Shown: positions 54,817 to 63,795, counted from the first letter of the stretch. The stretch: DNA of 64,000 nucleotides from an uncultured Gemmatimonadales bacterium (GCA_963796335.1 CAWCLG010000003.1:129795-193794); one strand, 5' to 3'. Numbers and translations: made by a program. The notes: generated by a model not told the origin, from the letters alone.

Positions 54817-54898
54817 CGCGCGTCTAAACCTGGGGGGCGGCCCCAGGTTGCGATGCAGGTATAACGTGCGGGGGACGGGAGTCCGAGGAGGCTACAGC

Positions 54899-55792
54899 GT
54901 GACGATTAAGGCACGCAGCAAGCGTCGCCCGGTGCGACCGGCGCAGATCGCCCGTGCAATCGACGAGGGCCGTGAGAGTCTCGACCTGTACCTGGACGAG
55001 ATCAGTCGGGTTCCGCTCCTCAGCCGCGAGGAGGAGATGGAGCTCGCCCGCAAGGCGTTCAAGGGCAGTGTGGCGGCCCAGGAGAGGCTGGCCCGGCACA
55101 ACGTCCGCTTCGTGGTCTCGGTGGCTAAAAAGTTCCAGAACCGTGGGGTACCTCTGGTCGACCTCATCGGCGAGGGCAACCTCGGCCTGATGACGGCCGC
55201 CCGCAAGTTCGATCCGGACCGGGGAGTGAAGTTCATCTCCTACGCGGTCTGGTGGATCCGCCAGGCAGTGCAGGCCGCGATCGCCCGGCATGGCCGGCCG
55301 GTCCGCGTGCCGCTCAACCGCACCGCCGACCTCAGCCGGCTCGGCCGCACCACCACGCTCCTCAAGGACAAGCTCGGCCGCATGCCGACCACCGAGGAGC
55401 TGGCCCGTGCCACCGGTCTTACCGTGGAAGCCGTCCGCTCCCTCAGCGCGCTCAACTCCGAGGCGGTTCGCCTCGATCATCCCACCCGGGACGGCGAGGG
55501 CAACGAGCGGATCGAGCGGTTCACCAGCGGCGAGCAGGAAAGCACGGACATGAGCACCATGGCCAACAGCCAGACTCGGGACATCGAAGCGGCGCTGGCG
55601 GCTCTGCCGCCCCGCGACGCGAAGGTGCTCCGGCTCTACTTCGGCCTGGACGATGGGAACAGCCGCACGCTGGAAGAGATCGGCCGGATGATGGGCGTCA
55701 CCCGGGAGCGGATCCGTCAGCTCCGCGATCGGGCGCTGCTCCGGCTCCGTGAAGGGGAGACCGGCGACCGCCTGCGCGATCTCGTCGCCTGA
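54899..55792 (+). CDS. RNA polymerase sigma factor, sigma-70 family (RpoD/RpoS-like, regions 1.2-4, about 297 aa)
   Basis: GTG at 54899 with GAGGAGG 7 nt upstream. LDLYLDEISRVPLLSREEEMELA, NVRFVVSVAKKFQNRGVPLVDLIGEGNLGLMTAARKFDPDRGVKFISYAVWWIRQAV, TTEELA, TLEEIGRMMGVTRERIRQLRDRALLRL. Confidence 0.85.
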   Translation: MTIKARSKRRPVRPAQIARAIDEGRESLDLYLDEISRVPLLSREEEMELARKAFKGSVAAQERLARHNVRFVVSVAKKFQNRGVPLVDLIGEGNLGLMTAARKFDPDRGVKFISYAVWWIRQAVQAAIARHGRPVRVPLNRTADLSRLGRTTTLLKDKLGRMPTTEELARATGLTVEAVRSLSALNSEAVRLDHPTRDGEGNERIERFTSGEQESTDMSTMANSQTRDIEAALAALPPRDAKVLRLYFGLDDGNSRTLEEIGRMMGVTRERIRQLRDRALLRLREGETGDRLRDLVA

Positions 55793-55811
55793 TCGTTCAC
55801 GCACGACACAA

Positions 55812-55849
55812 ATGCTCCTCGAGCTTCGGCTCGGGGAGCATTTTTCTTT
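55812..55849 (+). terminator. Intrinsic terminator after the sigma factor gene
   Basis: ATGCTCCTCGAGC-ttcg-GCTCGGGGAGCAT followed by TTTTTCTTTG. Confidence 0.7.
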
Positions 55850-55865
55850 GTCTTGACTCTGTGCC

Positions 55866-57089
55866 ATGCCGCGTCGCGTTGCGGTGATCGGGGCAGGTGC
55901 CGCCGGCACCATGGCGGCGATCTTCGCGGCCGCAGGTGGCGCCGAGACCCTGCTGCTCGAGCGCACCCGCGACGGGGGACGGAAGATCCTCATCAGCGGC
56001 GGCGGCCGCTGCAACATCCTGCCAGCTCGGGTGGACGAGCGACGGTTCGTCACCGACTCCTCGCCCAACACACTCAGAAATATGCTTCGCTCGTGGCCGC
56101 TGCCGGAGCAGGTCGCGTTCTTCGAGCGCGAGCTAAACTTGCCGCTGGTCGAAGAAAGCGAATCCGCCAAGCTCTTCCCGGCATCGAACCGCGCGCGGGA
56201 CGTGCGGGATGGCTTACTCGCGCTGGCGGCCCGCCGGGGTGCGCGGTTTCTGCCGGAGACGACGGTCACCGGGCTCGAACCTGTCGCGGGCGGCTGGCGG
56301 GTCGAGCGGGAGCGTGCGGAGCCGCTGATGGTGGACGAAGTGGTCGTGGCGACCGGTGGGCTGTCGGTGCCGAACACCGGCAGCGACGGGCGCGGCCTCG
56401 CGTTGCTCGCCGCGCTGGGTCACACGGTGCACCCGACGTATCCGGCGCTCACGCCCGCGACCGCCAACCCGGCGCCGTACGCGGGGCTCGCCGGGGTGTC
56501 GTTGCCGGTGACGATTACCGCCCGCGATACCCAGAGGCGGGCCGACAGCCACGGGGGGTTTCTGTTCACCCACCGCGGGTACAGCGGTCCGTCGGTGCTC
56601 GACGTCTCCCACGTCCTCGTGCGCTCGCGCCTGGAGGGTGACGCCGGCGCCCGGCTCGCGGTGCAGTGGACTGGTCTCGACGAGGCAGCGTGGGAGTCCG
56701 CGCTCAAGCCGAAGGGCACCCGCACGGTCGGCGGTGTGCTCGCACGCGAGCTCCCCGACCGGCTGGCGGACGCGCTGGCCGAGGCGGCCGGCGTCGCTCC
56801 GTCGCGCCCGCTGGCGCAGTTGGGACGAGACGAACGCCTCCGGCTGATCGAGGTGCTGGTGCGCGGTGAGCTGCCCTGGACCGGGGACGAGGGCTACCGG
56901 AAGGCGGAGGTGACGGGCGGCGGGGTGAGCCTGGCGGAGGTAGACCCGCGAACCCTGGAGAGCCGCCGATGCCCCGGACTTTACCTGTCGGGAGAAGTGT
57001 TGGACGCGTTCGGCCCGATCGGCGGGTACAACTTTCTCTGGGCCTGGGCGACCGGGCGCGCCGCAGGCATTGCCGCGGCCCGCACGTAG
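55866..57089 (+). CDS. NAD(P)/FAD-dependent oxidoreductase, HI0933/BaiN family
   Basis: VAVIGAGAAGTMAAIFAA, ISGGGRCNI, TGGLSVPNTGSDGRG, GELPWTGDEGYRKAEVTGGGV, GEVLDAFGPIGGYNFLWAWATG. Intact, 407 aa. Confidence 0.8.
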   Translation: MPRRVAVIGAGAAGTMAAIFAAAGGAETLLLERTRDGGRKILISGGGRCNILPARVDERRFVTDSSPNTLRNMLRSWPLPEQVAFFERELNLPLVEESESAKLFPASNRARDVRDGLLALAARRGARFLPETTVTGLEPVAGGWRVERERAEPLMVDEVVVATGGLSVPNTGSDGRGLALLAALGHTVHPTYPALTPATANPAPYAGLAGVSLPVTITARDTQRRADSHGGFLFTHRGYSGPSVLDVSHVLVRSRLEGDAGARLAVQWTGLDEAAWESALKPKGTRTVGGVLARELPDRLADALAEAAGVAPSRPLAQLGRDERLRLIEVLVRGELPWTGDEGYRKAEVTGGGVSLAEVDPRTLESRRCPGLYLSGEVLDAFGPIGGYNFLWAWATGRAAGIAAART

Positions 57090-57104
57090 AATCGACTCTC
57101 CCTC

Positions 57105-57647
57105 ATGACCTCACGCCGCTATGTCGCCTTCCTCCGCGCCGTCAACGTCGGGGGACGGGTCGTGAAGATGACGGCGCTGAAGAGGATCTTCGAGGGGCTC
57201 AAGCTCACGGAGGTCGAGACCTTCATCGCCAGCGGGAACGTGATCTTCAGCTCGGCCGCGGAGGCGGCCCGGCTGGAGGAGGTCATCGAGGCGGGACTGC
57301 GGAAAGCGCTCGGCTACGAGGTGGTGACATTTCTGCGGACGACGAAGGAGGTCGCTGCGGTGGCGGAGCGGGATCCGTTCGGCGTTCCGGTGCCGCCGGG
57401 CGGGAGGATCTACGTGGGGTTCCTCCGGGATCGTCCCTCGGCGGCGGACAAGCGGAAGATCGCCGAGCTGGCCACTCCGACTGATACGCTGGCGGTCGAG
57501 GGCCGGGAGATCTACTGGCTCTGCACGACGACTTCCATGGAGTCCATCATCTCCGGGGCTACGCTGGAGAAGGCGCTGGGCCAGCCGGCGACGCTGCGCA
57601 ACGTCAATACCGTGCGGCGGCTGGCGGCGAAGTATCCGGCTGCCTGA
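57105..57647 (+). CDS. DUF1697 domain-containing protein
   Basis: YVAFLRAVNVGGRVVKMTALKRIFEGLKLTEVETFIASGNVIFSS...ATLRNVNTVRRL. Intact, 180 aa. Confidence 0.8.
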   Translation: MTSRRYVAFLRAVNVGGRVVKMTALKRIFEGLKLTEVETFIASGNVIFSSAAEAARLEEVIEAGLRKALGYEVVTFLRTTKEVAAVAERDPFGVPVPPGGRIYVGFLRDRPSAADKRKIAELATPTDTLAVEGREIYWLCTTTSMESIISGATLEKALGQPATLRNVNTVRRLAAKYPAA

Positions 57648-57652
57648 ATTGC

Positions 57653-58387
57653 TCAGGCGAGCTGGAGCCCCACCTCGAACCGCCCCGCGTAGCCATTCCC
57701 CGAAGGCCGCAGCGCGAGCAGGAGCTGGTCGCCGCCGGTGGTGAAGATGCTGTCGTCCGCGTTCAGGTCGCGGCGGCCGTCCTTGGCGTACGGTTTCCGC
57801 GAGAGGACGCGGGTGGTCAGCTCGTCGTCGAAATAGAGCTGGGACGTAAAATCGTGGCCGCGGTCCGCCGCGGGGTCCGTGCGGATCTTGAAGTGGATGT
57901 GGACCGCCCGCCCCGAATACCAGCCCGGGTAGATCGTCTGGAACTTCGCCTCGCCGGCGTCGTCGGTGAGCTGATAACCGCGCAGAAAGCTCTGCCCCAC
58001 CGTGTTGAACCCGGGATCCTCGACGCCCGAATAGACGCCCGCGGCATCGCAGTGCCAGATGTCCACGTGGGCGCCGGCCAGCGGCGCACAGCTCCCCGCG
58101 CGGAGGGCGGAGACCGCGAGGGTAAGGGCCAGAGGGGTGCCTTCCTTCTGGGCGCCGGTGCCCGGCTCGGCTCGGATGTCGGACCGCTTGAGCATCTGGT
58201 CCACGAAGTAGGGGCCTTCCATCTGCTCCGGGCGTGCGACGCAGGCGGGGAGCCGAGGCCGCGAGGGGACCCAGGCGTGGGCCTGGGGCGCATCGCCGGC
58301 CAGGAGGGCGAGGCCGGAGGCGCCGAGCACGGTCAGGGCATCGCGGCGAGAGAGGACTCGTCCGATCGGGGTGTCGTCCCGGTCCAT
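57653..58387 (-). CDS. Tat-exported intradiol ring-cleavage dioxygenase-family protein
   Basis: Tat signal: SRRDALTVLGASGLALLAG. Motifs: EGPYFVD, DIWHCDAAGVYSG, FLRGYQLTDDAGEAKFQTIYPGWYSGRAVHIHFKI. Confidence 0.75.
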   Translation of the reverse strand: MDRDDTPIGRVLSRRDALTVLGASGLALLAGDAPQAHAWVPSRPRLPACVARPEQMEGPYFVDQMLKRSDIRAEPGTGAQKEGTPLALTLAVSALRAGSCAPLAGAHVDIWHCDAAGVYSGVEDPGFNTVGQSFLRGYQLTDDAGEAKFQTIYPGWYSGRAVHIHFKIRTDPAADRGHDFTSQLYFDDELTTRVLSRKPYAKDGRRDLNADDSIFTTGGDQLLLALRPSGNGYAGRFEVGLQLA

Positions 58388-58452
58388 AGGAACTCCGGCG
58401 TCACGTGAGGGTAGGGTAGAGAAACCAACGTGCAGCGCGAGCAGTCGGACGT

Positions 58453-58468
58453 CAACTTGCGCAAGTTG
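58453..58468. promoter_or_regulatory. Perfect 16-bp palindrome in a divergent intergenic region; candidate operator
   Basis: CAACTTGCGCAAGTTG lies between the dioxygenase gene (-) and the ABM-led gene string (+). Confidence 0.35.
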
Positions 58469-58547
58469 CCGGGTTCTATCCCGGACCGTAACTTCGTTCC
58501 CGCCACCCTCATATATGACAGTCGCTCCACCGGTGCCGGCTTCATCG

Positions 58548-58874
58548 ATGACCGACCAGCACTTTGTCGCTATCTGGGAATACGAGGTGCCTTCCGACCG
58601 GGAGGCGGAGTTTCTCGCCCACTACGCGTCCGATGGGGTCTGGGCCCGTCTCTTCGGCCGGGCGTCCGGGTACCTCGGCACCGAATTGTATCGCGACCGC
58701 GCGCGGCCGGAGCGCTTCGTCACGATCGACCGCTGGCAGGACGAGGCGTCGTTCCGGGATTTTCGCCGGCGGTTCGCGGCGGACTACGAGGCGCTCGACG
58801 GGCACTGCGCCAAGCTGACCCGGCATGAGGCGCAGGTCGGCGAATTCCGGACGGCGTCCGAAACAGGCGGCTGA
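58548..58874 (+). CDS. Antibiotic-biosynthesis-monooxygenase (ABM)-like small protein
   Basis: 108 aa. FVAIWEYEVPSDREAEFLAHYASDGVWARLF...ERFVTIDRWQDEASFRDF is the ferredoxin-like ABM pattern. Confidence 0.65.
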   Translation: MTDQHFVAIWEYEVPSDREAEFLAHYASDGVWARLFGRASGYLGTELYRDRARPERFVTIDRWQDEASFRDFRRRFAADYEALDGHCAKLTRHEAQVGEFRTASETGG

Positions 58875-58889
58875 CAGGAAGGAGCGAGA

Positions 58890-59285
58890 ATGGCTGACAT
58901 CAATCTACCTCCCGGCACCGCATACGTGGTCGCCGTCAGCCTCACTCTGACCGCGTGCGAGTTCAACGGACCTTGCCTACCCAACGTGGAGCCCGGTCTG
59001 GTCGTGCGGGTCTTCGACGCGGTGACCGAAGCGCCGGCAGCGCACGGGGCTACGGGCATCGCCGTCGATGATGAGTACCAGGAGACCCTGGTGAACCTGA
59101 CCCCGGACGATCCGGCAGCCGAGCGTTTGCAAGGGGCGGACGAGCGGGAGGGCACCTATACGGTCTCCGTGGCCAAGGCCGGTTACCAGCCATGGGTTCG
59201 TGAAGGGGTGCGCGTTTCGGGGGGTGACTGCCACGTGCGCACGGTGAACCTCGAGGCCGGCCTCATGCCAGCAGAGTCGCCATGA
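58890..59285 (+). CDS. Hypothetical lipoprotein with a carboxypeptidase-regulatory-like beta-sandwich signature
   Basis: Lipobox-like: VSLTLTAC. Segments: GLVVRVFDAVTEAPA...GTYTVSVAKAGYQPWVREGVRV. Confidence 0.45.
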   Translation: MADINLPPGTAYVVAVSLTLTACEFNGPCLPNVEPGLVVRVFDAVTEAPAAHGATGIAVDDEYQETLVNLTPDDPAAERLQGADEREGTYTVSVAKAGYQPWVREGVRVSGGDCHVRTVNLEAGLMPAESP

Positions 59286-59309
59286 GCGATGTCACGGAGG
59301 GATTCAGCG

Positions 59310-59780
59310 ATGTACCTCGCAATGAAAACCCTGCACGTCCTGGCGGCGGCCCTCTTCCTGGGGAACATCATCACCGGGCTTTTCTGGAAGGCCCATGGTG
59401 ATCGCACTGGAGACCCGCGGATCATCGCCCATACGTTGGACGGCGTCATCCGCAGCGACCGCTGGTTTACGATCCCCGGCGTGCTCCTGATCCTCGTGTC
59501 CGGCTTCGGCGCCGCCGGGATAGCGCGCTTGCCCGTGCTCGGCACGCCGTGGATAGCCTGGGCCGCCTTTCTGTTCACGCTCTCAGGGCTCGCGTTCGGG
59601 TTTAGAGTCGCACCGCTCCAAGTCCGGCTTCGGGACATGGCTGCCGCTGCCGCGGCCGGAGGAGTGTGGAATCTCGCGGAATACCACTCGCTCTCTCGAC
59701 GCTGGGAGCTCTGGGGCGCGTTCGCTATTCTGACCCCCTTGGCGGCATTGGTCCTCATGGTCTTCAAGCCGGCACTCTGA
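59310..59780 (+). CDS. DUF2269-like 4-TM membrane protein
   Basis: ATG at 59310 with GGAGGG 9 nt upstream (alternative ATG at 59289). MKTLHVLAAALFLGNIITGLFW...RWFTIPGVLLILVSG...WIAWAAFLFTLSG. Confidence 0.6.
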   Translation: MYLAMKTLHVLAAALFLGNIITGLFWKAHGDRTGDPRIIAHTLDGVIRSDRWFTIPGVLLILVSGFGAAGIARLPVLGTPWIAWAAFLFTLSGLAFGFRVAPLQVRLRDMAAAAAAGGVWNLAEYHSLSRRWELWGAFAILTPLAALVLMVFKPAL

Positions 59781-59796
59781 TTTCGGAGGTACGTCC

Positions 59797-60198
59797 TTGG
59801 CCGCCGTCATGGGGAAGATCATCGCCCGTCGCGAGCTTACACGGGTCAACTCGAAATCGCGGGTGGTCGTCGAAGTCGGCACTCCTCAGCAACGTGCCGA
59901 AGCAGAATGGGCCTGCCCCTACCGAATTCGCGGGCTGAGGCTGCGTGGGATCAAGCATGCGTACGGGGTGGATCCGATGCAGGCCCTGCAGCTCGTACAG
60001 CAGGCAATCTGGCGCGACCTGAAACCCTACGAGGGGGAACTCCGCTGGTTTGGGCAACGGGGCACGGGCTTCTATCGGTGTTTCCCGCCCTATTTCGGTC
60101 GAGGGTTCATGAAGCGTGTGGAGAGGATGATCGACCGGGAAGTCACCATTGAGAGCCGCCGGCTCAGGCAGCTGGCAACCAAGAGGCGGAGGCGCTGA
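59797..60198 (+). CDS. Small basic hypothetical protein (133 aa), family not recognised
   Basis: TTG at 59797 with GGAGG 7 nt upstream (alternative ATG at 59809). AEWACPYRIRGLRLRGIKHAYGVDPMQALQLVQQAIWRDL. Its stop overlaps the next ATG (TGATG at 60196-60200). Confidence 0.5.
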   Translation: MAAVMGKIIARRELTRVNSKSRVVVEVGTPQQRAEAEWACPYRIRGLRLRGIKHAYGVDPMQALQLVQQAIWRDLKPYEGELRWFGQRGTGFYRCFPPYFGRGFMKRVERMIDREVTIESRRLRQLATKRRRR

Positions 60199-62447
60199 TG
60201 TGGTTCACGCGAGGTGTCCTGTTCAGCCACATCCTGGCAGCGCTGTCGGCGTGCTCGTCTCCAGGTCCGCCAGGAGAGCGCGGCAAGGACGCGACCGCCA
60301 AGGCGGTGTCCCTCTCGCTGGAGGGAGCCACCCTGCTCGATCCCGAGTCCTCGGAACGGAGCCCGGGCGTCGTCATCGTCCGAGACGGCCGCATCGCGTG
60401 CGTGGGGAGCGCGGACAAGTGCAGGGCGCCCGAAGGCGCACGGTCGGTCGATCTTCGAGGTCTCTTCATCGGGCCCGGGCTCATCGACGCCCACGTGCAC
60501 TACGGGCAGACCGCGTGGGTCGATGGGCGACCCGATGCCATCGATCTTCGCTCTCGGTATCCCTACGACTCGGTGATGGAGGTGCTCCACACCCATCCCC
60601 AACTGTTCCACCGCGCCCAGCTCTGCAGCGGGGTCACCAGCGTGTTCGACGTCGGCGGCTTCCCATGGAGCTTCGACATCGCCCGCGCATCTCGCGAGGC
60701 CGGGGATGGGCCTCGGGTTCTCGCGGCGGGCCCTTTGCTCGCGACGATTCAGGTCGATCCCCAGATGGCAGGCCAGTTCGCCTTCATGAGCAACGACTCG
60801 GCCGTCCGGGCGGCGGTGCGCGAGCACAAGGCCCAGGGCGCGGACGCGATCAAGGTGTGGTACATCCAGGTGCCCGACTCGAGCCGAAGCCACATGCGCG
60901 CGATGCTGAAGGCTGCCGGGGACGAAGCCCGGAAGGCGGGATTGAGGCTCGTCGTCCACGCCACAGAGCTTCCTTCGGCCAAGGAGGCGGTGGCGGCGGG
61001 CGCGGCCGTGCTGGTGCACAACGTCGAGACGGGGACGATGGACTCGGCGTTTTTCGCCGCCGCAAAGCGGCAGGGTACCATCCTGGTTCCCACGCTCACG
61101 GTGTTGGAAGGGTATGCCGATGTCTTTCTGGGTCGCTCGCCTGGCATTCGGTACCCGCTCGAGTGCGTCGATCCCGGAACGCGGCGGAAGCTGGAGACCG
61201 TGCTCTCCGACAGCTTGCGATCGCCCGGCATGGGCTTCTGGAACAGTCCCGAGTTTGCTCAGTTGCGTGCGACCAGCGCCGACAACCTGCTCCGCGCCTA
61301 CAAGGCCGGGATTCCCATCGCGCTCGGCACCGACGCCGGGAATCCCGGGACGGCGCACGGGCCGAGCGTCTATCGCGAGATGGAGGCCATGCAGGGGGCG
61401 GGGATGCCGGCGGCGGCCGTCTTCGCTTCGGCCACCAGTGTCGCGGCGCGGGCCCTGGCGCTCGGGGAGGAGCTGGGCTCGCTGGCCGTGGGGAAGCGCG
61501 CGGATCTCGTCGTGTTCGGCGCCGATCCAACCGTCGATATTCGCAATGCGCGTCAGGTGCGCTTCGTTGTACGGAATGGGGTCCTGCACTCGAAAGACGA
61601 ACTGGTGTTCAAGGAGTCAGAGGCCCTGAACGCGCCCCGACCGATCGACGCCGTCCGAAGCCTCTGGACCGAAGAGATGACGTGGATGGAGGTGCGCGAC
61701 CTGATCGCCGCCGGGTGGACTACAGTGATCGTCGGGACCGGAGGAGTGGAGCAGAACGGCCCCTACGTCGCCGGTGGCAAGCACAACTACGTGCTGCAGA
61801 CCGTAATGCCCGCCATCGCCCGTGCGATCCCGCGGTCGCTGCTGGCGCCGATCGTGAGGTTCGTCCCCGAGGGACGGATCGAGCCGGCGGCGGACGGGCA
61901 CATGCGCTTTCCAGGGACGATCGGGGTGGAGGAGGCCACGTTCGAAGCACTCCTGACCGACATCGCGCGCAGCTACCGGGCGGGAGGGTTCAAGGACATC
62001 ATCCTCATCGGCGACAGCGGCGGGAACCAGGAAGGGATGCGGAACGTGGCGGCCGCGCTGAACGAGCGGTGGACGCGGGAGGGCTCGAATGCGCGGGTCC
62101 ATTTCCTGGCGGAGTACTACCAGGAGGACATGTGGAGCTACGACTTCCTCAAGAAGCTGGGAATCACCCAGATTGACGAGACGCCGGGGCAGCCGCGGGA
62201 CCAGCCCGGCCACACCCGAAATGGGATACACGACGACGTCTATTACGAGGCCCAGATCGCGGTGCAGGACCCGTCGCTCATCCGCTGGCCGCAGCGTGAG
62301 CGCGCCGGGCTGCTCTCCCTCCACGGCGTGGACCTGCGCCCTCTGGATCGGCTAGTCGATATCGGGCGCAAGTTGGCCCAGTACCGAGCGGAGATCACCG
62401 CCAGGGCGTTCACGGCGTCCCAGCGCAGGCTCCGGCCGCCGGCTTAG
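60198..62447 (+). CDS. Fusion protein: lipoprotein-type signal, metal-dependent amidohydrolase domain and creatininase-family domain (749 aa, intact)
   Basis: Lipobox: HILAALSAC. Amidohydrolase: GPGLIDAHVHYG, VVHATE, LGTDAGNPGTAHG, GKRADLVVF. C-terminal half: LWTEEMTWMEVRDLI...VIVGTGGVEQNGPYVAGGKHNY...IILIGDSGGNQ is creatinine-amidohydrolase-like. Confidence 0.75.
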   Translation: MWFTRGVLFSHILAALSACSSPGPPGERGKDATAKAVSLSLEGATLLDPESSERSPGVVIVRDGRIACVGSADKCRAPEGARSVDLRGLFIGPGLIDAHVHYGQTAWVDGRPDAIDLRSRYPYDSVMEVLHTHPQLFHRAQLCSGVTSVFDVGGFPWSFDIARASREAGDGPRVLAAGPLLATIQVDPQMAGQFAFMSNDSAVRAAVREHKAQGADAIKVWYIQVPDSSRSHMRAMLKAAGDEARKAGLRLVVHATELPSAKEAVAAGAAVLVHNVETGTMDSAFFAAAKRQGTILVPTLTVLEGYADVFLGRSPGIRYPLECVDPGTRRKLETVLSDSLRSPGMGFWNSPEFAQLRATSADNLLRAYKAGIPIALGTDAGNPGTAHGPSVYREMEAMQGAGMPAAAVFASATSVAARALALGEELGSLAVGKRADLVVFGADPTVDIRNARQVRFVVRNGVLHSKDELVFKESEALNAPRPIDAVRSLWTEEMTWMEVRDLIAAGWTTVIVGTGGVEQNGPYVAGGKHNYVLQTVMPAIARAIPRSLLAPIVRFVPEGRIEPAADGHMRFPGTIGVEEATFEALLTDIARSYRAGGFKDIILIGDSGGNQEGMRNVAAALNERWTREGSNARVHFLAEYYQEDMWSYDFLKKLGITQIDETPGQPRDQPGHTRNGIHDDVYYEAQIAVQDPSLIRWPQRERAGLLSLHGVDLRPLDRLVDIGRKLAQYRAEITARAFTASQRRLRPPA

Positions 62448-62841
62448 AGCAGTTTGACGATCTCCTTGTTCCGGGTGCCGTCGTGGGAGTGCTGCAATTC
62501 CATGGTCGGTGGCGGCGCGGTGGTGGCCGCGGGCCCGGCCATCGCGCCGACCGCCCCCTTCGACTGCGTCAGCCCGCCGTCCACGGTCCAGAGCGCGCCG
62601 GTGACGAAGCTGGCGGCGTCCGAAGCGAGAAACGCATAGACGTTGGCGGCTTCCAGGCCGTATCGATCGGACCGGGGCAGACGGAGTTGGCCCGTACACC
62701 GTACCGCGCCTGCTCCACGGCGACGCCACCGTTGACCACGAGCTTCGCGCCTTCCTGTCCGAACCGACGACAGATAGCCTCGCCGATGCCGGTGCCGCCG
62801 CCGGTCACAATCGCGACTTTGTCCTGCAGTAGAGCTCGCAT
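62444..62841 (-). pseudogene. Short-chain dehydrogenase/reductase remnant with an internal deletion of the central ~130 residues plus a frameshift
   Basis: MRALLQDKVAIVTGGGTGIGEAICRRFGQEGAKLVVNG is joined directly to VEQARYGVRANSVCPGPIDT. It then continues in another frame as AANVYAFLASDAASFVTGALWTVDGG. The catalytic S/YxxxK region is absent. Confidence 0.7.
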
Positions 62842-63009
62842 CTCGGTACCCTCCGCCCCTCCGGGTGTTTGTCGCAGCATGAGACGGGTGTGGGGACGTG
62901 CGCCGTGTCGGGCGTCACTCGTGCCCGGGCGCGGAACACCCGGATTTCTGAGCCGCCCGGGAATGGCTTACCTTCCCAGGTGAACGTGTGAGCCTGGGGA
63001 GGTATATCT

Positions 63010-63309
63010 ATGTCGCAGCACAAACTTCCAGCGTACCTGCGGACCGGGTCGCAGGTGGCGTTCGCCCGGGTGGCCACCGTCCTGGCAGTGGCGAGTATGG
63101 GCGCACTAGCGCTCGGGATCGTGGCGATCGGCCGGATCGCTGTCGGGCGGTTGGTCTTGAAGCATGGCCGGATCGAGCGCCTCTCGATCGGAGAACTGCA
63201 AGTGGACCGCCTGGTCGTCCGCGAGGCGATCACACCGCCTCCCGCACCAGCAGCCGCGCCGAGGCCGCCGCGGCGGCAGGGTGCGAAAGTCGCCAAGCAG
63301 AAGGGATAG
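63010..63309 (+). CDS. Small single-pass membrane protein, hypothetical
   Basis: ATG at 63010 with GGGGAGG upstream. TM: VATVLAVASMGALALGIVAIG. Pro/Ala-rich basic tail. Confidence 0.45.
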   Translation: MSQHKLPAYLRTGSQVAFARVATVLAVASMGALALGIVAIGRIAVGRLVLKHGRIERLSIGELQVDRLVVREAITPPPAPAAAPRPPRRQGAKVAKQKG

Positions 63310-63321
63310 GAAAGGAAGACA

Positions 63322-63764
63322 TGCCACCAGACAGCCAGGTACAGAAGCAACCGCACCCCGACCTCAAGTCACTGAATCGCTTGATCGGAGAGTGGGACGT
63401 GTCGGGGGCGCAGTCCGGCACCAGCACCTTCGAGTGGGCCGAGGGAGGATACTTCGTCCTGCATCGGTTCGACTTCGTGCAGGACGGAGAGCGAAAGTCT
63501 GGTGTCGAGATCTTCGGCCATCAGCAGAGTTTTGGTGACGTCGCGACGCCGATGATCAAGACCCGGCTCTACGAGTACCTGAGCGGGATGACGTATGACT
63601 ACACGTACGAGGCAGACCCGAACGGGTTCCGCATCTGGCTGGGGGAAAAGGGGTCGGACACCAGGTATGTGGCAGTCTTCGCCCCGAACGGTCGGAGCTA
63701 CACCGGCGAATGGACTTCTCCAGATGGGACCTACAAGGTCCTCTTCACTCGAAAGGGTGGCTGA
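63322..63764 (+). CDS. Hypothetical protein, possibly DUF1579-like beta-barrel
   Basis: ATG at 63322 after GAAAGGAAG. LNRLIGEWDVSGAQSGTSTFEWAEGGYFVLHRFDF...YTGEWTSPDGTYKVLFTRK. The family assignment is only a recollection. Confidence 0.45.
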
Positions 63765-63795
63765 GGCGGGAATACAGAAAAGGAGAACCGCAGTC

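Noticed and set aside
54824-56377. 517-aa ORF on the - strand
   Set aside because: It is antisense to the sigma-factor gene, its terminator and the HI0933-family gene. It shows no recognisable domains.
57640-57660. Hairpin GCCTGA-attgc-TCAGGC containing both convergent stop codons
   Set aside because: It is only a 6-bp stem with no U-tracts. It is probably a coincidence of two facing TGA codons.
60149-62176. 675-aa ORF (+) overlapping the 749-aa gene
   Set aside because: It is the +2 shadow frame of the amidohydrolase-creatininase gene and is R/G-rich. The 60198 frame carries all conserved motifs.
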